Origin: a virus
Taxonomy: Duplodnaviria > Caudoviricetes
IMG/VR virus record: IMGVR_UViG_3300009703_000023
Location: 1-54,963 of that record
Direction: 5' to 3' (one strand)
DNA: 54,963 bases
How positions within the stretch are numbered: position 1 is the first letter of the stretch; the number at the start of each line of letters is the position of its first letter. The notes under the pieces are model-generated. The model was not told where the DNA came from. It made no database searches and worked only from the letters and a program-made list of their open reading frames with translations. This document shows positions 18,419 through 26,423 of this stretch, in pieces. Position numbers and translations under genes: made by a program.

Positions 18419-19249
18419 TTATTCTCCGAGTAATTTGGATCTGAGGACGACTTGATCAGCTAATGCTGAGTCAAAGTCGATTTCGTCTCTTATTGTTTTT
18501 GCTTTCTGTACACGTGTAGTTTTCTGGTACAGCTTCTGAATGGAATCTGACGGCACGAACTCACGGACCCCTGGCCAGGCGTCGATGGCTTGTTTAAGAG
18601 TGTTACATTCGTCCAGCAAATTCCTTATTTGGCTTTCGAACTGTGATGCTTTTTGCCTGTATTCCAACTCGCGCTTTGCATTCTTAAGAAGAATGTTTAG
18701 GCATGGTGATACGTTTTCTTCAGCACAGTCGGCCAAGTCCACAGTTATATGGTTGTAGTAGGCGTCGTACTTACTTGAGTAGAAGTTTACTTTTCTATAA
18801 GGGTTGTCGAGTTGGTACTGCGTAAAATTCAGTTCGCGATCCCTAATCGGATTTGGCGGATTGCTTTTATTAGCGCTTCGCCATTCGTCAGGGATCAAGC
18901 TTTCATGCCAATTGAAGTAGATGATTGAGCCTGCGAATGTGTGTAGCGCGGGTGCTTCCATGCGGATTGCGTTACGGTTGTAAGTGTCTCGTGGCCTACG
19001 ACGCAGTCTGCCGCCAATAGCGTACTGTTCTGTTTTATCAGCTACTTGCGTGCGCAAGAGATCAAATGTACGCATGTGCTCGTCAAGCTTGCTACTTGCT
19101 TTTTGAAGTGGGCTATTTTCTATAGCCGCAAGAAGTATTTCTTGCTCTTCGTTGGGTACAACCGGCGCTATGTTACCTGCAGTGAATGCTTCGGTGGCGT
19201 TACGCCGTATTTGATGCCTCAGATCTTCTGATAAACGGACTGATCCCAT
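18419..19249 (-). CDS. Hypothetical protein, Nmad5-like termini
   Basis: N-terminal VRLSEDLR and C-terminal NTLKQAIDAWP resemble nucleotide-modification-associated domain 5 (recalled pattern, not searched). Confidence 0.5.
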   Translation of the reverse strand: MGSVRLSEDLRHQIRRNATEAFTAGNIAPVVPNEEQEILLAAIENSPLQKASSKLDEHMRTFDLLRTQVADKTEQYAIGGRLRRRPRDTYNRNAIRMEAPALHTFAGSIIYFNWHESLIPDEWRSANKSNPPNPIRDRELNFTQYQLDNPYRKVNFYSSKYDAYYNHITVDLADCAEENVSPCLNILLKNAKRELEYRQKASQFESQIRNLLDECNTLKQAIDAWPGVREFVPSDSIQKLYQKTTRVQKAKTIRDEIDFDSALADQVVLRSKLLGE

Positions 19250-19259
19250 TGATCTCTCC

Positions 19260-20258
19260 TTAAATAAGTACTGATGCGTTGTTTTTGATCCAATCGTTAG
19301 TCGCTTTTTCGTCTAACAGTTCGGGGTATTTAGCGATACCGTCGCGTATACAGCAGACTTGGAACTCGCTGGGCATACGGCGGACGAACTTCATAAGATC
19401 GTTCCAATTGGTTGGGCTACCGTGAGCAGCTACGGCTCCGACAATTGCATATAACTGATCGGGTTGGTCAGGAATACGGGTTGTGGTTGGACGTTCCAGC
19501 ATGTCTTCTATAGTTGGAAGATCTGCATAGATCCGTTTGAAGGTGACGTATTCACCTCCGGGGCCATCTCCTACTAAAGAAGCAGCTGCGTAGAACTCAT
19601 CCATAACATGCGGAAGCTTACGGCTCAGCATGTTCCAGCTTCGAGGAGTTGGCATTGCTGATTCAACGCGATCGACTTTGTGCAACAAGTTGGGCCGATA
19701 GCGAAGAAAGCCAATGATCGATGCGTCGATGTTGTTCTTGCTAGCCCATGCGCACCAGTCGTCAATGTTGGCTTCGATTTCATAGTGAGCGAATCGAGTC
19801 TTAACGGTGGTTGGGACGTTATGTACAGCGGCACCGTCTTGCGCTCGGTTACCGCACGCAATAATGGTTGTGTACTGGGGCAAGCTGTATGTACCGATGC
19901 GCTTGTTAAGGATCAACTGCAGCAGTGCATTTTGTGTAGCTTGCGGAGCATTAGGCAGCTCGTCGATCAACAGAACGTGGTGTTCTTGAGCATTGCTGTC
20001 TGGATAGTCTTCCGGTACTCCGTAGTGAGTACGATAGGTGCCGTCGACTTCCTCTACTACTTTGAGACCGCCACGAACGTCTACGGGATCAAAGAGATTT
20101 GCACGAAGCTCATAGAGCTTGGCGTTAACAGACTTAGCAAACTGATAAACGATCTCTGATTTACCAATGCCGGGTCCGCCTTGGATGAAGCTTGGAATAT
20201 CCGAAAGGGAATTGGCGTGAAGCTCATCTTTGAGCGCTGATGGGCGGATAGATTGCAT
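19260..20258 (-). CDS. MoxR-like AAA+ ATPase
   Basis: GGPGIGKS Walker A, LIDE Walker B, ACGN sensor, TRF, PTPRSW. Confidence 0.9.
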   Translation of the reverse strand: MQSIRPSALKDELHANSLSDIPSFIQGGPGIGKSEIVYQFAKSVNAKLYELRANLFDPVDVRGGLKVVEEVDGTYRTHYGVPEDYPDSNAQEHHVLLIDELPNAPQATQNALLQLILNKRIGTYSLPQYTTIIACGNRAQDGAAVHNVPTTVKTRFAHYEIEANIDDWCAWASKNNIDASIIGFLRYRPNLLHKVDRVESAMPTPRSWNMLSRKLPHVMDEFYAAASLVGDGPGGEYVTFKRIYADLPTIEDMLERPTTTRIPDQPDQLYAIVGAVAAHGSPTNWNDLMKFVRRMPSEFQVCCIRDGIAKYPELLDEKATNDWIKNNASVLI

Positions 20259-20280
20259 AAACTCTCCTTAGTTTTTGTAG

Positions 20281-20679
20281 TCAGTAGATTAAAGGTACTG
20301 GCGATACCATTGAGAAACATGATTTACACCAGACTTCGTCGTCTACTGACGGTGATATTGGTTCGCCTGTGTTTGATTCGACCCAGACTCTTTCCCATAT
20401 GTCTCGTGAGCCACAGATTGTGCATTTGTGGTTTTCAAATTTTGGGGAAATGTCTTTAGCTGCTGCCTCCATGGTCAGCTTGGCGTCCATCTCTACGATG
20501 GCCCGAATGATGTATTCGACTGGGTTTATTTCACTTATGTAGATACTGTCTACTTTTTCCAGCTCTCCCCTTTCTTCAAGATGGTCGTTGATTAGGCTCA
20601 GTAGTTTGATAACTATGGCCCTGTCTTCAGAAGCTACAAGAATGGCTGCAGGCTTATTAGCTTCTGGGGTGTCAGTCAT
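20281..20679 (-). CDS. Hypothetical protein with C-terminal Zn ribbon
   Basis: CTICGS...WCKSC; GGAGG RBS. Confidence 0.65.
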   Translation of the reverse strand: MTDTPEANKPAAILVASEDRAIVIKLLSLINDHLEERGELEKVDSIYISEINPVEYIIRAIVEMDAKLTMEAAAKDISPKFENHKCTICGSRDIWERVWVESNTGEPISPSVDDEVWCKSCFSMVSPVPLIY

Positions 20680-20965
20680 TAGTTTCCTCCAGGGTAGGAT
20701 TTATCGGGTGGTCTTCTTGACGATTAAAGGGGCCGTCTACTCGGTAGTAGTTGTTTTCTACCAGATCGACGGCTTCTTCGATCGTGTTTAAAGCGTCAAT
20801 GAACTGTTGCGCCCTGCGTGCATAAACATTCGCCAGGGTTTGTTGTTCGTTGGGGGGCAGATACGAAGCTTCTTCCAACCCGTGCATGCGTATTTTCTTA
20901 GCATGGGTATAGACTGCTTCGTTAAGTAGTGACCATTCGACGTAGTACTCTTGGAGCACGCTCAT
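20672..20965 (-). CDS. Hypothetical protein
   Basis: 97 aa, GAGGAG RBS, ATGA coupling. Confidence 0.65.
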   Translation of the reverse strand: MSVLQEYYVEWSLLNEAVYTHAKKIRMHGLEEASYLPPNEQQTLANVYARRAQQFIDALNTIEEAVDLVENNYYRVDGPFNRQEDHPINPTLEETND

Positions 20966-21267
20966 GTTTTTTCTCCTCTAGGAGTTACACGTACCCAACC
21001 GGGGCGTCGGTATGGGAACGATTTTGTTTTTATGATGCCCGGCTTTTCATAGCCGATTGTTCGGCGTGCTACGTACAAGAAGACTGAGATAACAGCGCCT
21101 GCCATGAGCCCGGTCATCATGCCAGCGAACGTACCGGCGAAGATGATGATGAGGAGTACGGTGACACCGATGTCAATCAGTATCTCGTAGTTAAGCACTC
21201 GGCGGATGTTGAACTTAAGCAGCAAGAAGATGATTGCAGCTGAAGCTATGAGTCCGGTCATTAGCAT
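20962..21267 (-). CDS. Small multi-pass membrane protein
   Basis: Three hydrophobic segments, GTFAGM motif. Confidence 0.7.
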   Translation of the reverse strand: MLMTGLIASAAIIFLLLKFNIRRVLNYEILIDIGVTVLLIIIFAGTFAGMMTGLMAGAVISVFLYVARRTIGYEKPGIIKTKSFPYRRPGWVRVTPRGEKT

Positions 21268-21289
21268 ATTGGTTACCTGTCGGTTGTTT

Positions 21290-21730
21290 TTAGAAATTCC
21301 CTACATCTACTTGGGCACAACGGATCCCATTGCGTCGCCACATGTCTACTACCTGTTGTCGGTCGTCAAAGGCCAGTTCTGGTTGGTAACCGTTCTTTCT
21401 GATTCGAGCGAGGATCTCTTCTTTAACAATGTAGTCGGGGCGGAAGTCTCCGGTTGCACGCATGTACAGGTCGCTGTACTTGATGTCGAGTCTGTGAAGC
21501 TGCAGTTCTGTTTGGGGGCGTTCTTTTTCAGTTCTCCCTGAAGCCATGATGATGCTGTGCTCGGGGTGTTCTCCTAGTGTTTGTATGAGGGTTGCGATTG
21601 GTTCGATCGGGGTGTCTCTCCACCATTCTTCTCGGAATCTCTTCCAGTTGGGTGGTGATGCTTCTCTTATCCATGGGATACGAGCAGTGATATCGAGTAG
21701 TGTCCCGTCGATATCGCAGATGATGTCCAT
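21290..21730 (-). CDS. HAD-family phosphatase (T4 PseT 3'-phosphatase-like)
   Basis: DIDGT, SGR, R-x-D-x3-K, FDDR...VVDMWR. Confidence 0.9.
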   Translation of the reverse strand: MDIICDIDGTLLDITARIPWIREASPPNWKRFREEWWRDTPIEPIATLIQTLGEHPEHSIIMASGRTEKERPQTELQLHRLDIKYSDLYMRATGDFRPDYIVKEEILARIRKNGYQPELAFDDRQQVVDMWRRNGIRCAQVDVGNF

Positions 21731-21740
21731 AGGTACTCCT

Positions 21741-22082
21741 TTAATAGATGCGGAAGCCGCCTGACTTTGTAGCGAAGGAGGCGAAGTTTTTTACTTTCTC
21801 CGCATTGAAGTTGTAGATTTTGTCTTCCCATGTATCTTCTGTTTGTAGGGCATGACCAGAAATAATTAGGACGTTGAGCGTTATACCTATTTGCTGGGCA
21901 CGCTTTTCTTCGATGAAGAGTCCGTCATTGAGTCCTCCTTCGGCTTTCTCGGCAGGAGTTATGAGCGGGTCACCTTCTTCGTTGATGCAGAAGGTGCAGA
22001 TATATTCCCAGAGTGGACGCCAGTTCCACACGCTGCTTTGGAAATACTGGTTTTCTTTCTCACCGTATACGTCCATGCCCAT
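21741..22082 (-). CDS. Conserved hypothetical phage protein
   Basis: MGMDVYG...VWNWRPLW...SGGFRIY; GGAGG before ATG 22082. Confidence 0.7.
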   Translation of the reverse strand: MGMDVYGEKENQYFQSSVWNWRPLWEYICTFCINEEGDPLITPAEKAEGGLNDGLFIEEKRAQQIGITLNVLIISGHALQTEDTWEDKIYNFNAEKVKNFASFATKSGGFRIY

Positions 22083-22089
22083 GTCTTTA

Positions 22090-22383
22090 TTACCTCCATA
22101 GTGTTTTTTCAAACTCTCGGTCTATTAGTTCTTGCAGCCAGTCTGGGATTTTTACTTGCTTGCCGTTTCGGAAATCGTCTTCGGTAGCTGTGTCACGAAT
22201 AGATTCCGGTCCTAGGTAGTAAACCTCTATGTCGATAGAGGAGTGATACTTGTAGATGGCACGTGACAGCTTTTCTATGAAGGGGTCGATGTAGTTTTCT
22301 AGCTCTTCGGGTAGCAGATCTCCGTCGTAGTTGAACCAGTTGTCGAGAGTCCAGTGTGAGATTCCTACGTACAGTTTTTTCAT
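22090..22383 (-). CDS. Hypothetical acidic protein
   Basis: 97 aa ORF in the early arm. Confidence 0.6.
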   Translation of the reverse strand: MKKLYVGISHWTLDNWFNYDGDLLPEELENYIDPFIEKLSRAIYKYHSSIDIEVYYLGPESIRDTATEDDFRNGKQVKIPDWLQELIDREFEKTLWR

Positions 22384-22470
22384 GAGAGTCCCTAGGTTTT
22401 AGGTCATGGGTACGCTGATGATAGTGCAAGGCACGCTGATCCCCCTGGAGGTTCGGGGGTGTGGCTCCCC

Positions 22471-22635
22471 TTAGTCTGTGTGCATGATGCCGAAAGTCAC
22501 GTTCTGGAGATCGTCGCGACGTGTGTGTACCCAACGAATCTCCGCGATTGCTTCGGCTTGCGTGTAATGGATTGAGTAGGCGATTGGCCGGGACTCATTG
22601 CCCCGGATTGTTTTGGTTCCGATGACCATAAACAT
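22471..22635 (-). CDS. Small early protein (54 aa), not in the ORF track
   Basis: GAGGA RBS; MFMVIGTKTIRGNESRPIAYSIHYTQAEAIAEIRWVHTRRDDLQNVTFGIMHTD. Confidence 0.55.
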   Translation of the reverse strand: MFMVIGTKTIRGNESRPIAYSIHYTQAEAIAEIRWVHTRRDDLQNVTFGIMHTD

Positions 22636-22659
22636 ATGCGTTCCTCTGAGTGGTGGGCC

Positions 22660-22696
22660 AAAAAAAATCCCCCCGACCTGTGTAGGCCGAGGGGAT
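22660..22696 (-). terminator. Rho-independent terminator
   Basis: AUCCCCUCGGCCU-loop-AGGUCGGGGGGAU plus U run on the minus strand, just after the 22717 stop. Confidence 0.75.
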
Positions 22697-22716
22697 GATA
22701 AAGCAGCTTACGTTTC

Positions 22717-23487
22717 TTAGGCGTTTGCGTACTCAGGAAGCTCGTCGTTAAACGGAACTTCAACGTCGTCTGAATCTACAACGTGTGCGCGCTTCTCAGC
22801 TGTGCGCTGCTTACGCATACGTGCGATCTTGGCTTTGATGTCGTCAACTGCGTTTTCCTCTGCGAGCTGCATTGCAATCTCGTTAAGGGCGTCGAGCGTC
22901 TCAGGCCATGTGACAGTCTCGTGGGTGGTTTCCCACTTGGTCTTGGTGCCGCGTATAACCGGGTTAGCGACACTGTTATCGGGTACGTTGACTGGGCTTT
23001 GCTGACGGAACATCGCAAGCGTCTCATCAGAGTTGATAGTCTCGCCAAGCACTGTGTGAACCAGAGACATGGAGAGGAAATCATCTAGGATGCAGTCGCT
23101 GATGCTCTGCAAGCCCATAACGGGTACACCGATCTCGGCAGCGATCTCTTCCAGACGGGTTGTGCCGATGGGGCGGTCCCAGTCACCTTCTGCTTCCTCT
23201 TCCTGCACTGCGTTGTAGAGACGGCGCGCATTCCAGCAAGCTTTGTTCATCGTATCCTGCATTGCGCTAAGGGCGGTGAGAGGGTGATACGGGGTGGGAG
23301 TCTCGACACAAGTGACGAAAATGTCCTCGTAGCACTCAAGGAGGCTGTCTTCGGTGATGGGGTTGTTGCTGTAGCCGTTGTGGACTTCAGCGTTGATGCT
23401 GCCCTTTTTGCCTTTGTACTGTGCAGCTCCGAAAAGTGCGGCTGGCAGGAAGGAAGCGTTTGCTACGTTGGTGGTTTCAGTGGTCAT
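22717..23487 (-). CDS. Early hypothetical protein with acidic C-terminal tail
   Basis: GAGGA RBS before ATG 23487 (MTTETT...); own terminator. Confidence 0.7.
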   Translation of the reverse strand: MTTETTNVANASFLPAALFGAAQYKGKKGSINAEVHNGYSNNPITEDSLLECYEDIFVTCVETPTPYHPLTALSAMQDTMNKACWNARRLYNAVQEEEAEGDWDRPIGTTRLEEIAAEIGVPVMGLQSISDCILDDFLSMSLVHTVLGETINSDETLAMFRQQSPVNVPDNSVANPVIRGTKTKWETTHETVTWPETLDALNEIAMQLAEENAVDDIKAKIARMRKQRTAEKRAHVVDSDDVEVPFNDELPEYANA

Positions 23488-23650
23488 TGGTGTATTCCTC
23501 GTTAACTTCGATTGTGTAAACCACATCTGAAAGGGATGCGGCGTTGTTGATGAGAGATGAATCGTCATAAGACTCAATCTCGTGGTGATAGTCAGATGCC
23601 AAATGCCAGTTTTCAGCTACTAGTTGGACAGGCATCACTGGATGTCGCAT
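23477..23650 (-). CDS. Small acidic early protein (57 aa), not in the ORF track
   Basis: AGGAG RBS; MRHPVMPVQLVAENWHLASDYHHEIESYDDSSLINNAASLSDVVYTIEVNEEYTNDH; overlaps the next start. Confidence 0.55.
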   Translation of the reverse strand: MRHPVMPVQLVAENWHLASDYHHEIESYDDSSLINNAASLSDVVYTIEVNEEYTNDH

Positions 23651-23669
23651 GCACCATCTCCTGGTTACC

Positions 23670-23719
23670 GAGCGTAATTGCTCACAAAATATTCCGACCG
23701 AGGCGAGGAACGAGGCTCG
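23670..23719 (-). promoter_or_regulatory. Duplicated early promoter/leader element, copy 1
   Basis: 38 of 45 bases identical to 25107-25151; 20 nt upstream of an RBS-supported ATG. Confidence 0.6.
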
Positions 23720-23805
23720 TTTTTTTCAAGGCACGTTAGCGCTGCTGCCGCCACGGCCTGCTGCCTGCTGTTTTAAGCAGGTGATAGTGGTGAGCGTCAA
23801 GGCAT

Positions 23806-23855
23806 AAAAAAAGCCCAACCGAGACGAGGAGTGGCACCTCGCCTTGGCCGGGCTT
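23806..23855 (-). terminator. Rho-independent terminator
   Basis: AAGCCCGGCCAAGGCGAGG...CCUCGUCUCGGUUGGGC plus U run on the minus strand. Confidence 0.7.
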
Positions 23856-23871
23856 ATTGGGTGGATGATAG

Positions 23872-23970
23872 TTAGAGGTAGGGAGCGTAGTACAGCGCCC
23901 AAGTTGCCAGTATGCCTAGAGCCATGGCAATGCAGCCGCCTACTACGCCTTCGATTGCTTCGCGGTCCAT
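23872..23970 (-). CDS. Small single-pass membrane peptide (32 aa), not in the ORF track
   Basis: AAGGA RBS; MDREAIEGVVGGCIAMALGILATWALYYAPYL; followed by a terminator. Confidence 0.55.
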   Translation of the reverse strand: MDREAIEGVVGGCIAMALGILATWALYYAPYL

Positions 23971-23993
23971 AGAAATGTTCCTTGTGGTAGTGG

Positions 23994-24293
23994 TTATAGG
24001 TACATCAGCGGGTTGCGGATGGACATTCCTCCACGTTCTGAACGGAGGAGCTTACGGTAGGCGTGGATGAATACGCTGCCGACCATATACCCGAGGAAGC
24101 ATGATCCGATGATAGTGTTTACGCTGAAGAAGAGGACGATGCCGCCGAGGCTCCAGAATCCGTAGGTGTCTATGTCTGTGATAGCGAGTGGGAAGCAGAG
24201 GGCGTTAAACGCTATGAACAGGGTGATGGCTGTGATAGCGGGAAGGAGGTTTGGGTTAGCGTCGAGTACACATGCAATACGTAGAAGTGACAT
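23994..24293 (-). CDS. Early membrane protein
   Basis: 99 aa, two or three hydrophobic helices, AAGGA RBS. Confidence 0.65.
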   Translation of the reverse strand: MSLLRIACVLDANPNLLPAITAITLFIAFNALCFPLAITDIDTYGFWSLGGIVLFFSVNTIIGSCFLGYMVGSVFIHAYRKLLRSERGGMSIRNPLMYL

Positions 24294-24321
24294 GTTTTTT
24301 AGTTCCTTATTGGATTGGTGT

Positions 24322-24648
24322 TTATTGGGCGTCGATGTATTCAGCTACCGCGATAGCTGTTTCGATCTCTTCGTGGGCTTCGATGTCTTCTAGCGTTTCG
24401 GTGACGTCGTAGACCATCAGGGTCATGATGCCGAGAAGTACTTCGGCGGGGTTTTCCTTGGCGTAGTTGAGGGCGTCTTTGCCCATCTTGGCAGCGTTGG
24501 CTTTTACGTTCTGAACACGTGCGTTCGAGGCAAGGCTAGCTACTTTAGCTTTAAGCCCGTCGCGCTGTTGCTCAGGGGCAGCATCTACAGAGTCGCTCTT
24601 TTCTGCATATGCACGGAGGGATGAAGCGATGGATGAGAAGAAAGTCAT
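24322..24648 (-). CDS. Early hypothetical protein
   Basis: 108 aa, Ala-rich helical, acidic C-terminus. Confidence 0.65.
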   Translation of the reverse strand: MTFFSSIASSLRAYAEKSDSVDAAPEQQRDGLKAKVASLASNARVQNVKANAAKMGKDALNYAKENPAEVLLGIMTLMVYDVTETLEDIEAHEEIETAIAVAEYIDAQ

Positions 24649-24714
24649 GTGAGTACCTTGTAGGTGGTGGTCCAGCCCCCTAGTAGCGAGGGCTGTTCCG
24701 TGGTGGTTAGTGGT

Positions 24715-25089
24715 TTAGTGGAAGGCGCAGGGTTCGTCTGCCAAGTAGTGGTCACCGCACACTTCGCAGTAGACGGTGTCCTCCTCTTCTTCGTGGATTC
24801 GGTCATCGCGCTTGACGAGCAAGGACTTAGCGAACTGCGTCTGCTTCATGAGTTTCAGCAGGAAATCGAGTCGCTTCTTGCCGAGGCCGTCTGCGACTGG
24901 CAGATCAACGATGAGCTTGGCGGAGTGAACATCGCCGTATGGGTCAAGACCTGCAACGGGTACATGCACCTCTTTTCCTTTGTAGGAGGTGGTGATAGCG
25001 CCGAGCTGGGGGTCGAGCTGTAGCTCCTTGCAGCGCTGCACATCCACGGTGTTGATGACAGCGATTGAATCTCGTTTGATGTTCGTCAT
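24715..25089 (-). CDS. First early gene, C-terminal Cys/His Zn motif
   Basis: CEVCGDH...CAFH; GAGG RBS before ATG 25089 (alternative start 25122). Confidence 0.65.
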   Translation of the reverse strand: MTNIKRDSIAVINTVDVQRCKELQLDPQLGAITTSYKGKEVHVPVAGLDPYGDVHSAKLIVDLPVADGLGKKRLDFLLKLMKQTQFAKSLLVKRDDRIHEEEEDTVYCEVCGDHYLADEPCAFH

Positions 25090-25106
25090 GGGGTTTACCC
25101 TCTTAA

Positions 25107-25157
25107 GAGCGTTATTACTCATAAAACACTCCGACCGGGCCGAGGAACGAGTGTCCG
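25107..25157 (-). promoter_or_regulatory. Duplicated early promoter/leader element, copy 2
   Basis: See 23670; 18 nt upstream of ATG 25089. Confidence 0.6.
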
Positions 25158-25198
25158 CTGCCTATGTGTTAGTGGTCACTTACCCGGAGAGGCACTAA

Positions 25199-25494
25199 TG
25201 TGTGTCGTGTGTGCCAGGTGTGTGCCACGTTGTGTGCCACCTGCGGTTGGCAGAAATGCTAGCGCATTCAACTGCTTAGGAAGATGTGTGTCGTGTGTGT
25301 CACCTTTTTTATGTTTTCAGTTCAAATTCAAAAGATAAATCTAGTTAGTTGTATATGTGTAGCAGAGGAGAGAACTGGTGGCACACATGACACACATCGC
25401 CAGTTTTCATAAGAAAGTTGTTATGTATCAAGGGTCTAGCGCCAGGCGTCTAACGACACACAAGGCGGCACACAGGTGGCACACATGGCACACA
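25199..25494. repeat. Mirror-symmetric octamer array (6x TGTGTGYC facing 6x GRCACACA) around an AT-rich core; putative replication origin
   Basis: Left copies start at 25199, 25208, 25219, 25231, 25285, 25294; right copies at 25380, 25389, 25455, 25467, 25478, 25487. Confidence 0.8.
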
Positions 25495-25775
25495 CCGGGG
25501 AGGGCGTGGCACTAGCCAAGTGACAGAGGATTACTTACGTATCTCGGTGCGAGTGGGGATATGGTGTCTGTCTATGTCGATTGGCTATAGCGGTTGACAG
25601 TTGTTATGCGCTGGCTCTCGTTGCTACCTGCCATATGTCCCCCGCCCATAGACAGAGGCCAGATCCACACGACCTATAACGAAGAGGTGCTGCGCTGTGC
25701 ATCTCGTTTGTTTACGTTAGTAGGCACTAACCTCCAGCAGCTGTTGCTTTTTTAAGCCAAGGGGGTTACTGAGAG

Positions 25776-25812
25776 ACAAGGTTCCAGAAATAGAAGTCAA
25801 AACAAGGTTCCA
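25776..25812 (+). repeat. 11-bp direct repeat ACAAGGTTCCA x2
   Basis: Copies at 25776-25786 and 25802-25812, upstream of the packaging genes. Confidence 0.6.
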
Positions 25813-25925
25813 ATTCGAAAAATCGGGAGACGGGACTGCTCTGACTGCGGAAAGGGAGAGAATGTCTGAGCGATTCAGACGTAATTTTGAAATTTTTTTT
25901 CTGGAAATTTTGCCAAAGACGTTAT

Positions 25926-25940
25926 ATTAGTAGGGCTAAT
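25926..25940. promoter_or_regulatory. Palindromic operator copy 3 (ATTAGT-AGG-GCTAAT)
   Basis: Immediately upstream of the first plus-strand gene; overlaps TATATT. Confidence 0.7.
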
Positions 25941-25960
25941 TACTGTTAGATGTGGAGGCG

Positions 25961-26413
25961 ATGAAGACATGTTCGCTCTGCAGGGAGGAACAAGACGATT
26001 CGCAATTTGAGAACAAACGTAAGGTTTGTAGCAGCTGTCGCCGTAGACAGACCCAATTGCGAGAGTCAAAAACACCCGACGCTTACTTCAAAAAACTAGT
26101 AACTCAGCTCCGATACCAACGCGGTAGAGATAATATCGAGTTCAACCTGACAGCTGACGACTGTTCTAAGCTATGGCACAAGCAAAAAGGCAGATGCGCT
26201 GTGTCAGGTGTCGTAATGACACATCACAGAGACGGTTCTGGCCATAAAGAGTTTAATGCCAGCATAGATCGGATAAGCCCCGACCAGTCATACACCCCTT
26301 CAAACGTCCAACTGGTTGCGTATCGTGTGAATATAATGAGGCACATATTGCCACTTGATCAGTTTCATTGGTGGGTGCAGAACATCTGGGAGCATAAGAA
26401 CTCCGGTATTTGA
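25961..26413 (+). CDS. Zn-finger HNH-like endonuclease
   Basis: MKTCSLC...CSSC; CAVSG...SIDRI...Y...NVQLV...N; GGAGG RBS. Confidence 0.75.
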   Translation: MKTCSLCREEQDDSQFENKRKVCSSCRRRQTQLRESKTPDAYFKKLVTQLRYQRGRDNIEFNLTADDCSKLWHKQKGRCAVSGVVMTHHRDGSGHKEFNASIDRISPDQSYTPSNVQLVAYRVNIMRHILPLDQFHWWVQNIWEHKNSGI

Positions 26414-26423
26414 CAAATCACAG

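Noticed and set aside
22645-24720. TGGTGG motifs in early intergenic gaps as Chi sites
   Set aside because: No exact GCTGGTGG seen there; on the mRNA they are CA-rich tracts just upstream of RBSs, more simply unstructured translation enhancers.
25199-25494. CRISPR-like array
   Set aside because: Repeats are 8 bp, inverted between halves, with 1-4 nt spacers; no cas operon. The Cas4-like gene is an ordinary phage exonuclease.
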